From contig JAHKLY010000002.1 of NCBI GenBank assembly GCA_020854825.1, positions 96,001-160,000 on the forward strand: a stretch of DNA of 64,000 bases. The letters are read 5' to 3'. Positions 19,699 through 29,339 of the stretch are shown one piece after another. Numbering within the stretch: the stretch's first letter is position 1; each line of letters begins with the position of its first letter. The notes beneath the pieces are model-generated. The model saw only the letters and a list, made by a program, of their open reading frames with translations, did no database searches and was not told the origin of the DNA. Made by a program: the position numbers and the translations under genes. This DNA comes from Candidatus Micrarchaeota archaeon. Its GTDB lineage: Archaea; Micrarchaeota; Micrarchaeia; Anstonellales; JAHKLY01.

Positions 19699-19779
19699 AT
19701 AATTTTGATGTATTTTTAAAAAAGATGTTTACAGATATATTAAGATAGATTTAAAAATATCTCTATTTTGAATACTATT

Positions 19780-19998
19780 ATGGAAGAAGAAATTGTATCT
19801 GATAAACCTATAGCAGTTAAAAAAGGATATATGTACTATATTGATTCAAAAGGGTATGCACATGAAGCAGTTCCTGGGGATATGAATACGGATAAGAGAT
19901 TGACTGGGATTCCTCCAGTTAGAAAACAAAAAGGTTATGTATATTATGTAAATCTTAAAGGATACATCTGTAGAAGAAAACCTATGAAAGGTAGATAG
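19780..19998 (+). CDS. Small basic two-repeat protein similar to crenarchaeal chromatin protein Cc1
   Basis: Duplicated KKGYMYYIDSKG / QKGYVYYVNLKG motif. Confidence 0.65.
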   Translation: MEEEIVSDKPIAVKKGYMYYIDSKGYAHEAVPGDMNTDKRLTGIPPVRKQKGYVYYVNLKGYICRRKPMKGR

Positions 19999-20029
19999 GT
20001 TTTAATAGTTTTATTTTTTTATTTTAATT

Positions 20030-20464
20030 ATGAGATTAACTGATTTGATACCGAAAATTGAAAAAAAGGAATCAGTTCAAGATAAATTCTCAAGACATCT
20101 AAATGAAAATGGGAAAGAATATGAACGAGTAGAAGTTATTTTTTCAAAATTTAGGGATGATAATATTAAACTATCTTTTTATGGAATTAAAAATGGAGAA
20201 AAACACGATATTGCAGTTTGGCCTCTTAATTTTGAATCCTGTGCTGCTTTATATACTAAAATACAAGAAGCAAAAAATAAACAAGAAGGGGGTTTGATAA
20301 TAGTTTCAAAAAACAGAGGTCTTTTTAGAGATATGATAGGGAATGGAGGAGAAGTAAGAATTACTTTGAATAATGTTAAACATAAATCTGATTTTGGAGA
20401 ATTTAAAGTTGAAGAAATTGTTGAAAATCTTAGAATTAAAGATACTCTAACTATGGGAAGATGA
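20030..20464 (+). CDS. Hypothetical protein
   Basis: 144-aa ORF with no motif. Confidence 0.55.
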   Translation: MRLTDLIPKIEKKESVQDKFSRHLNENGKEYERVEVIFSKFRDDNIKLSFYGIKNGEKHDIAVWPLNFESCAALYTKIQEAKNKQEGGLIIVSKNRGLFRDMIGNGGEVRITLNNVKHKSDFGEFKVEEIVENLRIKDTLTMGR

Positions 20465-20469
20465 TTATA

Positions 20470-21198
20470 TTATTTAGGTGCATTTGGAAGCCCATTAATA
20501 GAAAGAATAATTGGAAAAACTGCATCTCCATTTTTAATATATTGCCAGTTTATAGGATTTATAAGTATATATCCAGAAGGATGTACACATTTTTCTTTAG
20601 TATACCAGTCATTAAAAATTCCTGTATTTTGTAAGTTTTCTTTAGAAGAATATACTTTTTCACGTATTGAATTTTTATAGATAGTATTATTTTCAAATTT
20701 TAATTCAACATCCTCTAAAATCTCTAAATGAAGATGGGGCCCAGTAATAGTTTTTCCAGTCAAAGGAGTTTGAGGAATTTCATTTGTATCTCTAATAGAT
20801 ATTCCAGATTCTCCTAATTTTCCTATTTCCTGACCTGCAATTACAATAGTTCCTTCTCTAACATTTATAAAATCTAAATGTGCATAAATAATAGAATAAT
20901 TATGTGTTCCTAATCTGTTTTTAATAATCACAGTTTTTCCAAAACCTTTTAATTCGCCAGAAAAAATTACCTTTCCTGAAAACATTGAAACTACTGAAAG
21001 ACCTTTTTCACCATAAATATCAATGCCTTGATGAATTCTTATCTGTTTGTTTGATAATACTCTAGGTGCGCCTAATAAATAATTTTTATGCATTTTAGAA
21101 AATGACTCTTCCCATTGGGCAATTCTCTTTTCATGTTCTAATTTAGGTCTATATTCTTCCCAAGGGGTCTGCTTTAAAATCATAATAATGTTAAACAA
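20470..21198 (-). CDS. M23-family Zn metallopeptidase
   Basis: HQGID (HxxxD), GFGKTVII, YAHL, GQEIG, TGPHLHLE (HxH). Confidence 0.9.
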   Translation of the reverse strand: MFNIIMILKQTPWEEYRPKLEHEKRIAQWEESFSKMHKNYLLGAPRVLSNKQIRIHQGIDIYGEKGLSVVSMFSGKVIFSGELKGFGKTVIIKNRLGTHNYSIIYAHLDFINVREGTIVIAGQEIGKLGESGISIRDTNEIPQTPLTGKTITGPHLHLEILEDVELKFENNTIYKNSIREKVYSSKENLQNTGIFNDWYTKEKCVHPSGYILINPINWQYIKNGDAVFPIILSINGLPNAPK

Positions 21199-21231
21199 AA
21201 GCCTTTTATATTCTTTTTTATTAGTTTAATT

Positions 21232-21786
21232 ATGGAATTCTGTCAAAATATTAATTTAAGCAAAAATATTCTTTCATATAAACGTTCAGTATTTGAAATA
21301 ATATTTTTTTCAATCTTATGTTTTACTATCTCTTTTTTCCTAGTGCATCCCCAATGGGCTGTTGGGACTGTTGTTAACGCAATTTTATTTAGAGTTGCAA
21401 TAACTCAAAAAGGGTTAAAATTTTTATTACCAATAGTTATTTTACCTAGTTTGGGTGCCATTTTATCAGGTTTAATATTTGGAACTCCAGTTTTAAATTT
21501 ATTTATTTTTGCGCCTTTGATATGGCTAGGAAATTTTTTATATATTTTAATTAATAAATCGTTTATTCTAAAAAATCGCTTAAATCCAGTTATTAGCTTA
21601 GCAAGTGCTTCTATAGTTAAAGGAGGGATTTTATTTATGGGCGCTTTAATTGCAGTGTATGTGTTTAATTTTCCAAATATATTATTAACAGCAATGGGGC
21701 TAATTCAGGTATTAACAGCTGTTTTTGGTGGTTTATTAGCCATTTCATATCAAGAGATTGAAAATATGTTTTTTAAACAAGTTTAA
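21232..21786 (+). CDS. Membrane protein, ECF transporter S-component-like
   Basis: 5-6 TM segments; QWAVGTVVNA, LPSLGA, IWLGN, QVLTA motifs. Confidence 0.6.
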   Translation: MEFCQNINLSKNILSYKRSVFEIIFFSILCFTISFFLVHPQWAVGTVVNAILFRVAITQKGLKFLLPIVILPSLGAILSGLIFGTPVLNLFIFAPLIWLGNFLYILINKSFILKNRLNPVISLASASIVKGGILFMGALIAVYVFNFPNILLTAMGLIQVLTAVFGGLLAISYQEIENMFFKQV

Positions 21787-21832
21787 AAAAATAAAAAGAA
21801 GAATAAAAACAATTTAGTTAACAAAACGGCAT

Positions 21833-21868
21833 TTATTTTTTTGGTTTTGCTTTTTTCTTTCCTGCCAT
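21833..21868 (-). CDS. 11-aa Lys-rich micro-ORF MAGKKKAKPKK
   Basis: Perfect SD AGGAGG 6 nt upstream of the ATG, TATA-like TTTTTAAAT at 21942-21934, T-rich tract downstream. Confidence 0.55.
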   Translation of the reverse strand: MAGKKKAKPKK

Positions 21869-22020
21869 TTTAATCCTCCTTTATACATTTATTGTACTTA
21901 CAACTAATGTTGTGATAAAAATACTTCAAGTGGATTTAAAAACAAATCTTTATTTAAAAAATATAAGGACGAATTTTAGACACTTAAACATCAAAAACTA
22001 CTTTTTATAAAATTTAAATT

Positions 22021-22039
22021 ATTTTAGTAAAACTAAAAT
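22021..22039. promoter_or_regulatory. Palindrome TTTTAG(T/A)AAAACTAAAA, first of four intergenic copies
   Basis: Copies at 22022-22038, 22134-22150, 25527-25543 and 26145-26161. Confidence 0.55.
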
Positions 22040-22215
22040 GATTTTAGTTTTAAAGAATAGATTAATTTATATTTATAATCCAAAAAATATGTTTATTTTT
22101 TTGAATTCAAGTATTTTTCCCTTTCCAATACTTTTTTAGTAAAACTAATACTTTTTTAATAATGATTAAATTTTATTTACAAGCTATTTTAAAAATTTAC
22201 TTTTAAAATTAATAT

Positions 22216-22485
22216 ATGCAAGAAACAGTAACTAAATTAATAGGATTATTACTTACATTTAAACAGGAACAAGATCGAAGTAAAAAAGCAGTTTTAGCCA
22301 AACAGGTCTCTAATATTTGTTCACTTAATTTTAGAATTGCCGCTAAAAAAAATCAAAAATTAGCTCAATTAATGCACCCATTAATTGCATTAGGATATTT
22401 TCAAGTGCATTCTGATAAGTTTGATCCTAATGAAAAAGAATTAGATAGGATAATACAAAAATTAATTCAATTAAATAATACTTGA
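22216..22485 (+). CDS. Hypothetical protein
   Basis: 89-aa ORF with an upstream TATA box. Confidence 0.5.
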   Translation: MQETVTKLIGLLLTFKQEQDRSKKAVLAKQVSNICSLNFRIAAKKNQKLAQLMHPLIALGYFQVHSDKFDPNEKELDRIIQKLIQLNNT

Positions 22486-22522
22486 AGATAACTTTAATAA
22501 CTTACTCCTTTTTTATATAGTT

Positions 22523-22810
22523 ATGATATTTATACTTGGAATAATTGGTTTAAGTTTATTATTATTAGGTTGGATTTATGAAACATTACAAACTATAAAA
22601 GATAGGCACTGTGATGTTAAACTTACCTTTGCAGGGCTTTATTTTATAGGTAGTTTATTACTTTCAATTTACGCATTTGTTTTAGATGATGTAATTTTTA
22701 TGGCGTTGAATGGTACAGCTGCTATAATTGCATTAATTAATATCTATTTTATATTATTTGGGGAAAAATATTCTGCAGAATATAAAAAATTACTAAAAAA
22801 AAGAAATTAA
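22523..22810 (+). CDS. PQ-loop/SemiSWEET-like 3-TM protein
   Basis: Three TM helices; LGIIG...W...Q, GSLLLSIYA and FMALN pattern. Confidence 0.65.
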   Translation: MIFILGIIGLSLLLLGWIYETLQTIKDRHCDVKLTFAGLYFIGSLLLSIYAFVLDDVIFMALNGTAAIIALINIYFILFGEKYSAEYKKLLKKRN

Positions 22811-25467
22811 AAAAATTTCGTATTAATTAATTTTATTATTTCTGAAAATAATAAAACTCCAATTGCAATAGAAATTGGTAGTATCCAATCAGATAAAGAA
22901 ACAGAACTAAATTTGAATATCTCTTTAAAGAATGGGTGATATATCATAGTAATTGTTATTAAAAATACTAAAAATACCCCAAGTAAAAGATATTTATTTT
23001 TGAATATATTAATTTTGTAAATCGGTTCTTCCAATGATTTAAATGCAAATGGAACACAAAAAATCATTGAGGTTATAGTTATAAAAACCATAGTTCTAGC
23101 TTTTTGAATGTCTTCTATAGGATCACTAAGGTAAAATACAAAAAAGGCAGAAATTGCCATAAATAAAGCCATGGTTATAATCAATAATGAATTCTTTTTA
23201 TTAAGGAATTTTTCATTAGTGTTTCTAGGAGGTTTATGCATAAGTTTATTTGATGGAGGATCTAATCCAAGTCCAATAGCTGGCATAGATTCATCAAATG
23301 TATTAATAAATAAAATTTGTATTGCAATTAATGGAAGGTACTCAAATCCAAAAAATACAATTCCTAATATAATTAATATTAATTCAGTAAAATTTCTTGA
23401 AATGAGATAACAAATGAATTTTTCTATATTCTCATATATTCCCCTTCCTTGTTTTATTGCTTCAACAATTGTTGCAAAATTATCATCTTGTAATATAATT
23501 TCACTTGCTTCTTTGGCAACTTCAGTACCTTTTATTCCCATTGCTATACCAATATGCGCTTTTTTTAATGCTGGTGCATCGTTAACTCCCTCTCCAGTCA
23601 TCGAGACAATATGTCCTATATTTTTTAATGCTTCAACAATTCTTAGTTTTTGTTCAGGCAAAATTCTTGCATAAATATAAATATATTCAACAATACTTTC
23701 AAACTCTTCTTTTGTTAATTCATCTAATTCTTTACCAGTTATTACTCCATCTTTAGTTATTTCTATTATTTTTTTGTTATTTTCTTTTACTATGGGCGTA
23801 TCTTGAAATGATAAATTTATTTTTTTGGCAATTGCTTTAGCTGTATTTTCATTATCTCCAGTTATCATAATTACCTTTATACCTGCATTTTTACACATTT
23901 CTATTGATAATTTCACTTCTTCTCTAGGAGGGTCCATCATAGCAATTAGTCCTAAAAATACAAGATCTTCTTCAATTCCTTTTTTATCTTCAATTATTTT
24001 TGTTGCAATTCCAAGGACCCTATATGCATGATTTCCAAATTCAATATTCTTTTTAAGTATTTTTTCTTTATCTTTTTTTGTAAGTTTTTTAATTCTATTA
24101 TTCTCTTTTATATACTCACATTTTTCAAGAATAATTTCTGGGGCTCCTTTTGTATAAACTATTTTTGTATTATTTGTTTTATGAAGTGTAGTCATAATTT
24201 TTCTTTCAGAGGTAAAAACAAGTTCTTCTTTTCTCGGAAATATTTTATCTAAATGGTCTTTCCATAAATTTGCTTTTGTAGCTGCAATTATCAATGCAGC
24301 TTCAGTTGGATCTCCAATAATATTAGGCGCATTTGATACAAATTTGACATTAGCATTATTACATAGTATGGATCCAGTCAAAAGGTGAGTAAGTTCCTTT
24401 TCTTTAAGTAAATCAATAGATTTATTATTTAAAGTTATTACGCCTTCTATTGAATATCCATTTCCAGATATTTCAAATGTTTTTCCATTAACATATACTT
24501 TTTCTACAGTCATCTCATTTTTAGTTAAGGTTCCTGTTTTATCTGTACATATTACTGTAACCGAACCAAGTGTTTCAACCCCAACCATTTTTTTAACTAT
24601 TGCATTATGTTTTCCCATTCTATCCATACTAAAAGCAAGAGTTAAAGTCAAAGTTAAAGGTAAACCTTCCGGTACTGCTGCCACCATTAAAGCTAAAGCA
24701 ACAACAAGTGTTTCCCCAAGTGATCCTCCCCTAAATATGCCCAAAATAAAGGTTAAAATACACAAAAAAAATGCTATGACTGCTAATTTTTTTGCAAGTG
24801 AATCAATTTTAAGTTGTAATGGAGTTTCTTCCTTTATTTCTTGAACTAACTCTGCAATTTTTCCAAGTTTTGTTTCCATACCTGTTTTTATGACTACTAC
24901 TCTCCCTTTTCCATATACAACTTGAGTTCCAGTATATACATATTCACCAATAGTTTTTTCTATTGAAATACTTTCTCCAGTTAATGCAGATTCATCAACC
25001 TTAAAGCTTATTGCTTCAAATATAATACAATCTGCTGGTATTTTATCCCCTGCTTCTAAAATTAAAACATCTCCAGGTACTAATTCTTTAGTATCTATTT
25101 CAATTAGTATATCATTTCGTATTACTTTTGCGATAGGAGTTATAATTTTTTTAAGTGAATCCATTGTTTTTTCTGCTTTATACTCTTGTATAAACCCTAA
25201 CAATATAACAAAAACTATGGTTGTTAATATTATCCAAAAATTAAGCATTTCATCAATTAAAATTGATATTATTGCAGCACCAAATAGAACATATAATATA
25301 AAATTTTTAAATTGATTAATAAAGAGCTTTAATATAATTGACTCTTTTTTCTTTTTTAATTCATTATATCCATATTGATTTAAACGTTTTTTTGCTTCTA
25401 TATCTTTTAACCCTTTTTGAGAACTTTCTATATTTTTAAATACCCATTCAATTTTCTTATTAACCAT
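22807..25467 (-). CDS. Cation-transporting P-type ATPase (P2A, Ca2+-like)
   Basis: LTGES, AVPEGLP, DKTGTLT, KGAPE, MITGD, TGEGVNDAPALK. Confidence 0.95.
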   Translation of the reverse strand: MVNKKIEWVFKNIESSQKGLKDIEAKKRLNQYGYNELKKKKESIILKLFINQFKNFILYVLFGAAIISILIDEMLNFWIILTTIVFVILLGFIQEYKAEKTMDSLKKIITPIAKVIRNDILIEIDTKELVPGDVLILEAGDKIPADCIIFEAISFKVDESALTGESISIEKTIGEYVYTGTQVVYGKGRVVVIKTGMETKLGKIAELVQEIKEETPLQLKIDSLAKKLAVIAFFLCILTFILGIFRGGSLGETLVVALALMVAAVPEGLPLTLTLTLAFSMDRMGKHNAIVKKMVGVETLGSVTVICTDKTGTLTKNEMTVEKVYVNGKTFEISGNGYSIEGVITLNNKSIDLLKEKELTHLLTGSILCNNANVKFVSNAPNIIGDPTEAALIIAATKANLWKDHLDKIFPRKEELVFTSERKIMTTLHKTNNTKIVYTKGAPEIILEKCEYIKENNRIKKLTKKDKEKILKKNIEFGNHAYRVLGIATKIIEDKKGIEEDLVFLGLIAMMDPPREEVKLSIEMCKNAGIKVIMITGDNENTAKAIAKKINLSFQDTPIVKENNKKIIEITKDGVITGKELDELTKEEFESIVEYIYIYARILPEQKLRIVEALKNIGHIVSMTGEGVNDAPALKKAHIGIAMGIKGTEVAKEASEIILQDDNFATIVEAIKQGRGIYENIEKFICYLISRNFTELILIILGIVFFGFEYLPLIAIQILFINTFDESMPAIGLGLDPPSNKLMHKPPRNTNEKFLNKKNSLLIITMALFMAISAFFVFYLSDPIEDIQKARTMVFITITSMIFCVPFAFKSLEEPIYKINIFKNKYLLLGVFLVFLITITMIYHPFFKEIFKFSSVSLSDWILPISIAIGVLLFSEIIKLINTKFF

Positions 25468-25679
25468 ATTCTCTCCATTTTAATTTTATAATCAATATTT
25501 ATAAAATATATGTAAGTATAAAATACTTTTAGAAAAACTAAAAGAGTTTTTTTATTTCTTTTTAGACTTTTTAATTTATCTTCTTAAAATATAATACTTT
25601 ATACAAGTTTTATTAAAAAGGCATACTAATATGCAATTAAATACATACGTTTTTTAATATTTTCAATTAAAAAAAATTT

Positions 25680-26135
25680 ATGATTAAAGTTCCAAACTTA
25701 AATTTACCAGAAATTCAAATTCAACAAGCAGGTGTTGATTTAACATTAGATAAAATTTTCGAATTTACATCAAAAGGCCAAATAGATTATGATAATTCAA
25801 AAAGAAGGATAGCAGAAACTAAAGAATTAGAATTTGATGATGAAATTTTTTTAAAACCAGGAACATATAAAGTTCAATTAAGTGAAATAATTAAAATTCC
25901 TGAAGACTGTTTAGGCATATGTTTACCTAGATCCACTTTGTTAAGATGTGGCGCTACTATACATACTGCTTTTTGGGATCCTGGTTATGAAGGTAAAAGT
26001 GAAATATTATTAGTTGTTTATAATCCAGAAGGTTTAATTTTATGTAAAAAAGCCAGAATTGCACAAATGACTTTTGTTAAAGTAGAAGATTCAAAAGGAT
26101 CTTATAAGGGCGCATATTATAAAGAAAACCTTTAG
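25680..26135 (+). CDS. dUTPase/dCTP deaminase family protein
   Basis: AGVDLT, PRSTLLRCG, WDPGYEG, RIAQM. Confidence 0.9.
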   Translation: MIKVPNLNLPEIQIQQAGVDLTLDKIFEFTSKGQIDYDNSKRRIAETKELEFDDEIFLKPGTYKVQLSEIIKIPEDCLGICLPRSTLLRCGATIHTAFWDPGYEGKSEILLVVYNPEGLILCKKARIAQMTFVKVEDSKGSYKGAYYKENL

Positions 26136-26220
26136 GAAAAAGAGTTTTAGTAAAACTAAAAGACTTGTTTTTATAGTAAAAATCATAGATTATTTAAAAT
26201 GTATATAATCTAATTAATTT

Positions 26221-26418
26221 ATGAAAATCAAACAGAAAGTGATTCATAAGATAGATAAAAAAATTGAAAAAAATATAATTAAAAGAAATTTTTGTATTGG
26301 ATATCACGCAGATGAACTAGCAGATAAATTTAATAATCGCGCTAAACGTTGGTATGCTGTAAAAATATTTATTGATCCATTAGTAGATAAAATATAAATA
26401 AAAACCGCATATAAGTAA
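26221..26418 (+). pseudogene. Possible degraded DUF4258/BrnT-like toxin gene
   Basis: MKIKQ...FCIGYHADE... (51 codons), then out-of-frame IDPLVDKI*IKTAYK*; the early HA and terminal TAY resemble DUF4258. Confidence 0.35.
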
Positions 26419-26635
26419 ACTACTGTGCGTTTCAGAAACCATAACAGTAAACTCTTAATAATTCCAAAAACTGGAAATTTAATGTTTGGTTTACTGTAAT
26501 GATGTTATATATCAAAAGTGTGTCGCAAAAGCGGGCTTAATTTTTAAAATAGGGTAAAAAGCGCTGTTTTTAATAAATTTCATATAATTCAGTTTACTAT
26601 AATGGGGTTTTTATCTTCATTGGTTTACTATATTG
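26408..26635. repeat. Five 14-bp repeats RGTTTACTDWWWTG, two reverse and three forward
   Basis: 26408-21 and 26440-53 (reverse); 26488-501, 26591-604 and 26622-35 (forward). Confidence 0.7.
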
Positions 26636-26792
26636 ATGTATTTTTTTACATTTTAAATACATTAATTTTGCACTGTTTTTTGCTTGTGTAAGTAATTCTT
26701 TTTGATCAATTCTTTACTCTTTTTTATCTTTTATTTACTCTTTTATTATATTTTGATTAGTATTATAAATAAAATGTTATAAATATACTTTT

Positions 26793-27506
26793 ATGCAAAA
26801 ACAAACTTCTAATGTTGAATCTTTATCAAAATCTCTAATAGTAATAACTAGGGGAGCACATGTTGCTGAAACTATTTCTTTTATAACTGCAAAACTTTTA
26901 GTCGATAGAATGAAAAAGCAAGGTTGTAATGTTGTACTAGAAACAGAGGACTATAGAAACTCCCCAACTTACAGGATCAGAATGAATAGATTACATAATA
27001 CGAAGTTTAAGATTGATGATGAAGAATTTCAAAAAGAAGCACAATCAAATATATTTTGGACTAGGCAAATAGAAGATAAATATACTATTGATTATAAAAA
27101 ACCATATATTTTTGATATGCACACTTCAGAAGAATATTTTTTTGCCACAACCAATGTTGAATTATATAAGTAGAATGCAGAATTTAATGTGGGGGGAAAT
27201 AGTTCTAAATTTAAAGGCCAAATTGCAAGTTTTAGAGGTTGGGTTTGGCCTGTAGCAGATAACCATTTTGCAATTGAAATGCATGGACCTGTTAAATTAG
27301 ATAAAAATGGAAATAAACTTACATATTGGAATCTACAAGATATTGAAGACTATAAAAAAAGAAGAATTAATAGAGATTCTCCAATATACGATAATAAACT
27401 AGCATGGAAAAAAGGATACTTTAGTAAAGTAATTTTAGATAAAATAATAAGATTAATTCATGCTATTATTAAAACTGAAGGTAAAGAAAGCTTACTAATT
27501 ACTTAG
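26793..27506 (+). pseudogene. Hypothetical gene interrupted by one in-frame TAG
   Basis: ORFs 26793..27173 and 27189..27506 share a frame and are separated only by TAG at 27171-27173. Confidence 0.55.
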
Positions 27507-27548
27507 TTTTAACTTATATGTTATTAAGTATTTTATAGTCTTTAAATA

Positions 27549-28706
27549 TTATCTAGTTAATTTTTCAAATTCTTTTATATATGTGTCATCTAATTCAGGA
27601 TTAGAAAATTCACTTAGTTTGTTTATTTTTATACTAAGTAAATATGTTATTTTCATTAATTCTTGTTTTAACTCGTCTTTATCCTTTGGATCTATTAGTT
27701 CATCATTAAGATATCTAGTGTAAATATCCATTGCATACCCTAAACAGTGTTCACGATACTCTGTAGGTAACGTAGAATCACTGGAAATTATTAAACTTGC
27801 ATATATCATTTGAGATATTTCATTTGTTGCGTGTGAACTATCATGAAATGATTCATAATTAATTACTCCAAACATGTCTTTAAAATAATTAACTGCGTCT
27901 TTAATTCCTTTAAGCTTATATTTTTCAATTGAATAATCATAAATAGTAGTTTCAAATTGTTTGATTGCACCTGCTTTTAAATAAAAATATGCAGCGTCTA
28001 TTGAATTAATACTTTCAGCAGTTTCAAAATACATTACTTTTGCATCAAATTTTGTAAATATTTGTTTATTATGTTCTCCTTTTTCGTTTTTTGTTATAAA
28101 GATCCCAGTTTTTCCATCTTCTAAAAAGGTTATTTCATTTTCTAAGATGTCTCCTGCCATGTAAGTTATAAATGCATAATTAAAATGTTTTTTTGGATCT
28201 ATTTCTCTTTTTTCGTTTTTATTTTGTCTGTATTGAGCTATTGACATTAATGCCATATTTTGATTACCTGCATTATTTTCAATTTTTAATAGAATATTTG
28301 AATAAACGATTGCGGCACCATAATTATGTTCTTCCCAAAGTGCTTTATTTATACAGTTTTTTAAAAATTCTGTTACTTCTATTTCATTTAATTCCTTTAA
28401 TATATTATCTTTATTCTTTGAAGAAAATATTTCATTAATTATTGGATCAATTCTTAATAATTCTAATTGAGTAGTTAATGTTTTTTCAATTGAATAAAAC
28501 GAAGAAAGAAAAGGATTTTTTCTTATTTTTCCATTATTAAATGCTTCATCTATCAAACTAAATAGATTTGCAAAATTACCTGCTGCCATTTCTTCTTCTA
28601 CAATTGTTATAATATTTTTTGAATATACATTCATACTTATACTAGTTGTATTTTTTTTAGTGGATTTATCTTCACTATGACTAGGGATAGCAACATAAAA
28701 TAACAT
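27549..28706 (-). CDS. Hypothetical helical protein
   Basis: 385-aa ORF coupled to the upstream gene by a TAATG overlap. Confidence 0.6.
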   Translation of the reverse strand: MLFYVAIPSHSEDKSTKKNTTSISMNVYSKNIITIVEEEMAAGNFANLFSLIDEAFNNGKIRKNPFLSSFYSIEKTLTTQLELLRIDPIINEIFSSKNKDNILKELNEIEVTEFLKNCINKALWEEHNYGAAIVYSNILLKIENNAGNQNMALMSIAQYRQNKNEKREIDPKKHFNYAFITYMAGDILENEITFLEDGKTGIFITKNEKGEHNKQIFTKFDAKVMYFETAESINSIDAAYFYLKAGAIKQFETTIYDYSIEKYKLKGIKDAVNYFKDMFGVINYESFHDSSHATNEISQMIYASLIISSDSTLPTEYREHCLGYAMDIYTRYLNDELIDPKDKDELKQELMKITYLLSIKINKLSEFSNPELDDTYIKEFEKLTR

Positions 28707-29296
28707 TATTTAGCCTCTTTTAATGATTCTAAAATTTCATTACAGTCTTCAATACCTTGAGAATTACCTGTTTCTTCAAATAATTTTTTAGCTCTTTCTA
28801 AGTATTCTTCTGATGTTATCATACCTCTTCCTGGTTTTCCATTATAGGCTTTTGAACCTATATGCATCAAATATTCTGCAAATTGTTTATAATTCTCAGC
28901 TGCCCTATTAGTATTTTCATTTATTTCTTCTTCAGTATCTAAGTATTCATTAAATTCTAATCCCATTGTTGCTGCGTTTAAATATTCTTTTTCCTCTTCT
29001 AATTTTGATAGTGCTGATTTTATTTTTTCTTTTCCGTCTTTTATATTTAAATTTAATTCCATTGTATTAAATATTAAAAATATGGCAGTCATTGGTTTGT
29101 TATTATTCATATAAAATTCATAATCTTTCAAATATTGAGTACTTAAAATATTTTCTTCTTCTTGGGTGAAAGTTATTTCTTTTAATGGTTCTTTTTTAGG
29201 AAATGGATCAGCAAGTGTAGAAGTAGCTAATGTTAAGCCAACTAACCCAATTCGCATAATTCTATTAATTTTATTTTTAAGTTTTGCTTTTTCCAT
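28706..29296 (-). CDS. Hypothetical exported helical protein
   Basis: Basic N-region followed by hydrophobic IGLVGLTLATSTLA. Confidence 0.6.
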   Translation of the reverse strand: MEKAKLKNKINRIMRIGLVGLTLATSTLADPFPKKEPLKEITFTQEEENILSTQYLKDYEFYMNNNKPMTAIFLIFNTMELNLNIKDGKEKIKSALSKLEEEKEYLNAATMGLEFNEYLDTEEEINENTNRAAENYKQFAEYLMHIGSKAYNGKPGRGMITSEEYLERAKKLFEETGNSQGIEDCNEILESLKEAK

Positions 29297-29339
29297 ACTT
29301 TATTTATAAATAGTGATATATTTATACATTTTTATAGGA

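Noticed and set aside
27171-27173. Genome-wide stop-codon reassignment
   Set aside because: TAG, TAA and TGA all terminate well-conserved genes at the expected lengths (for example truD, FKBP, tldD, serS)
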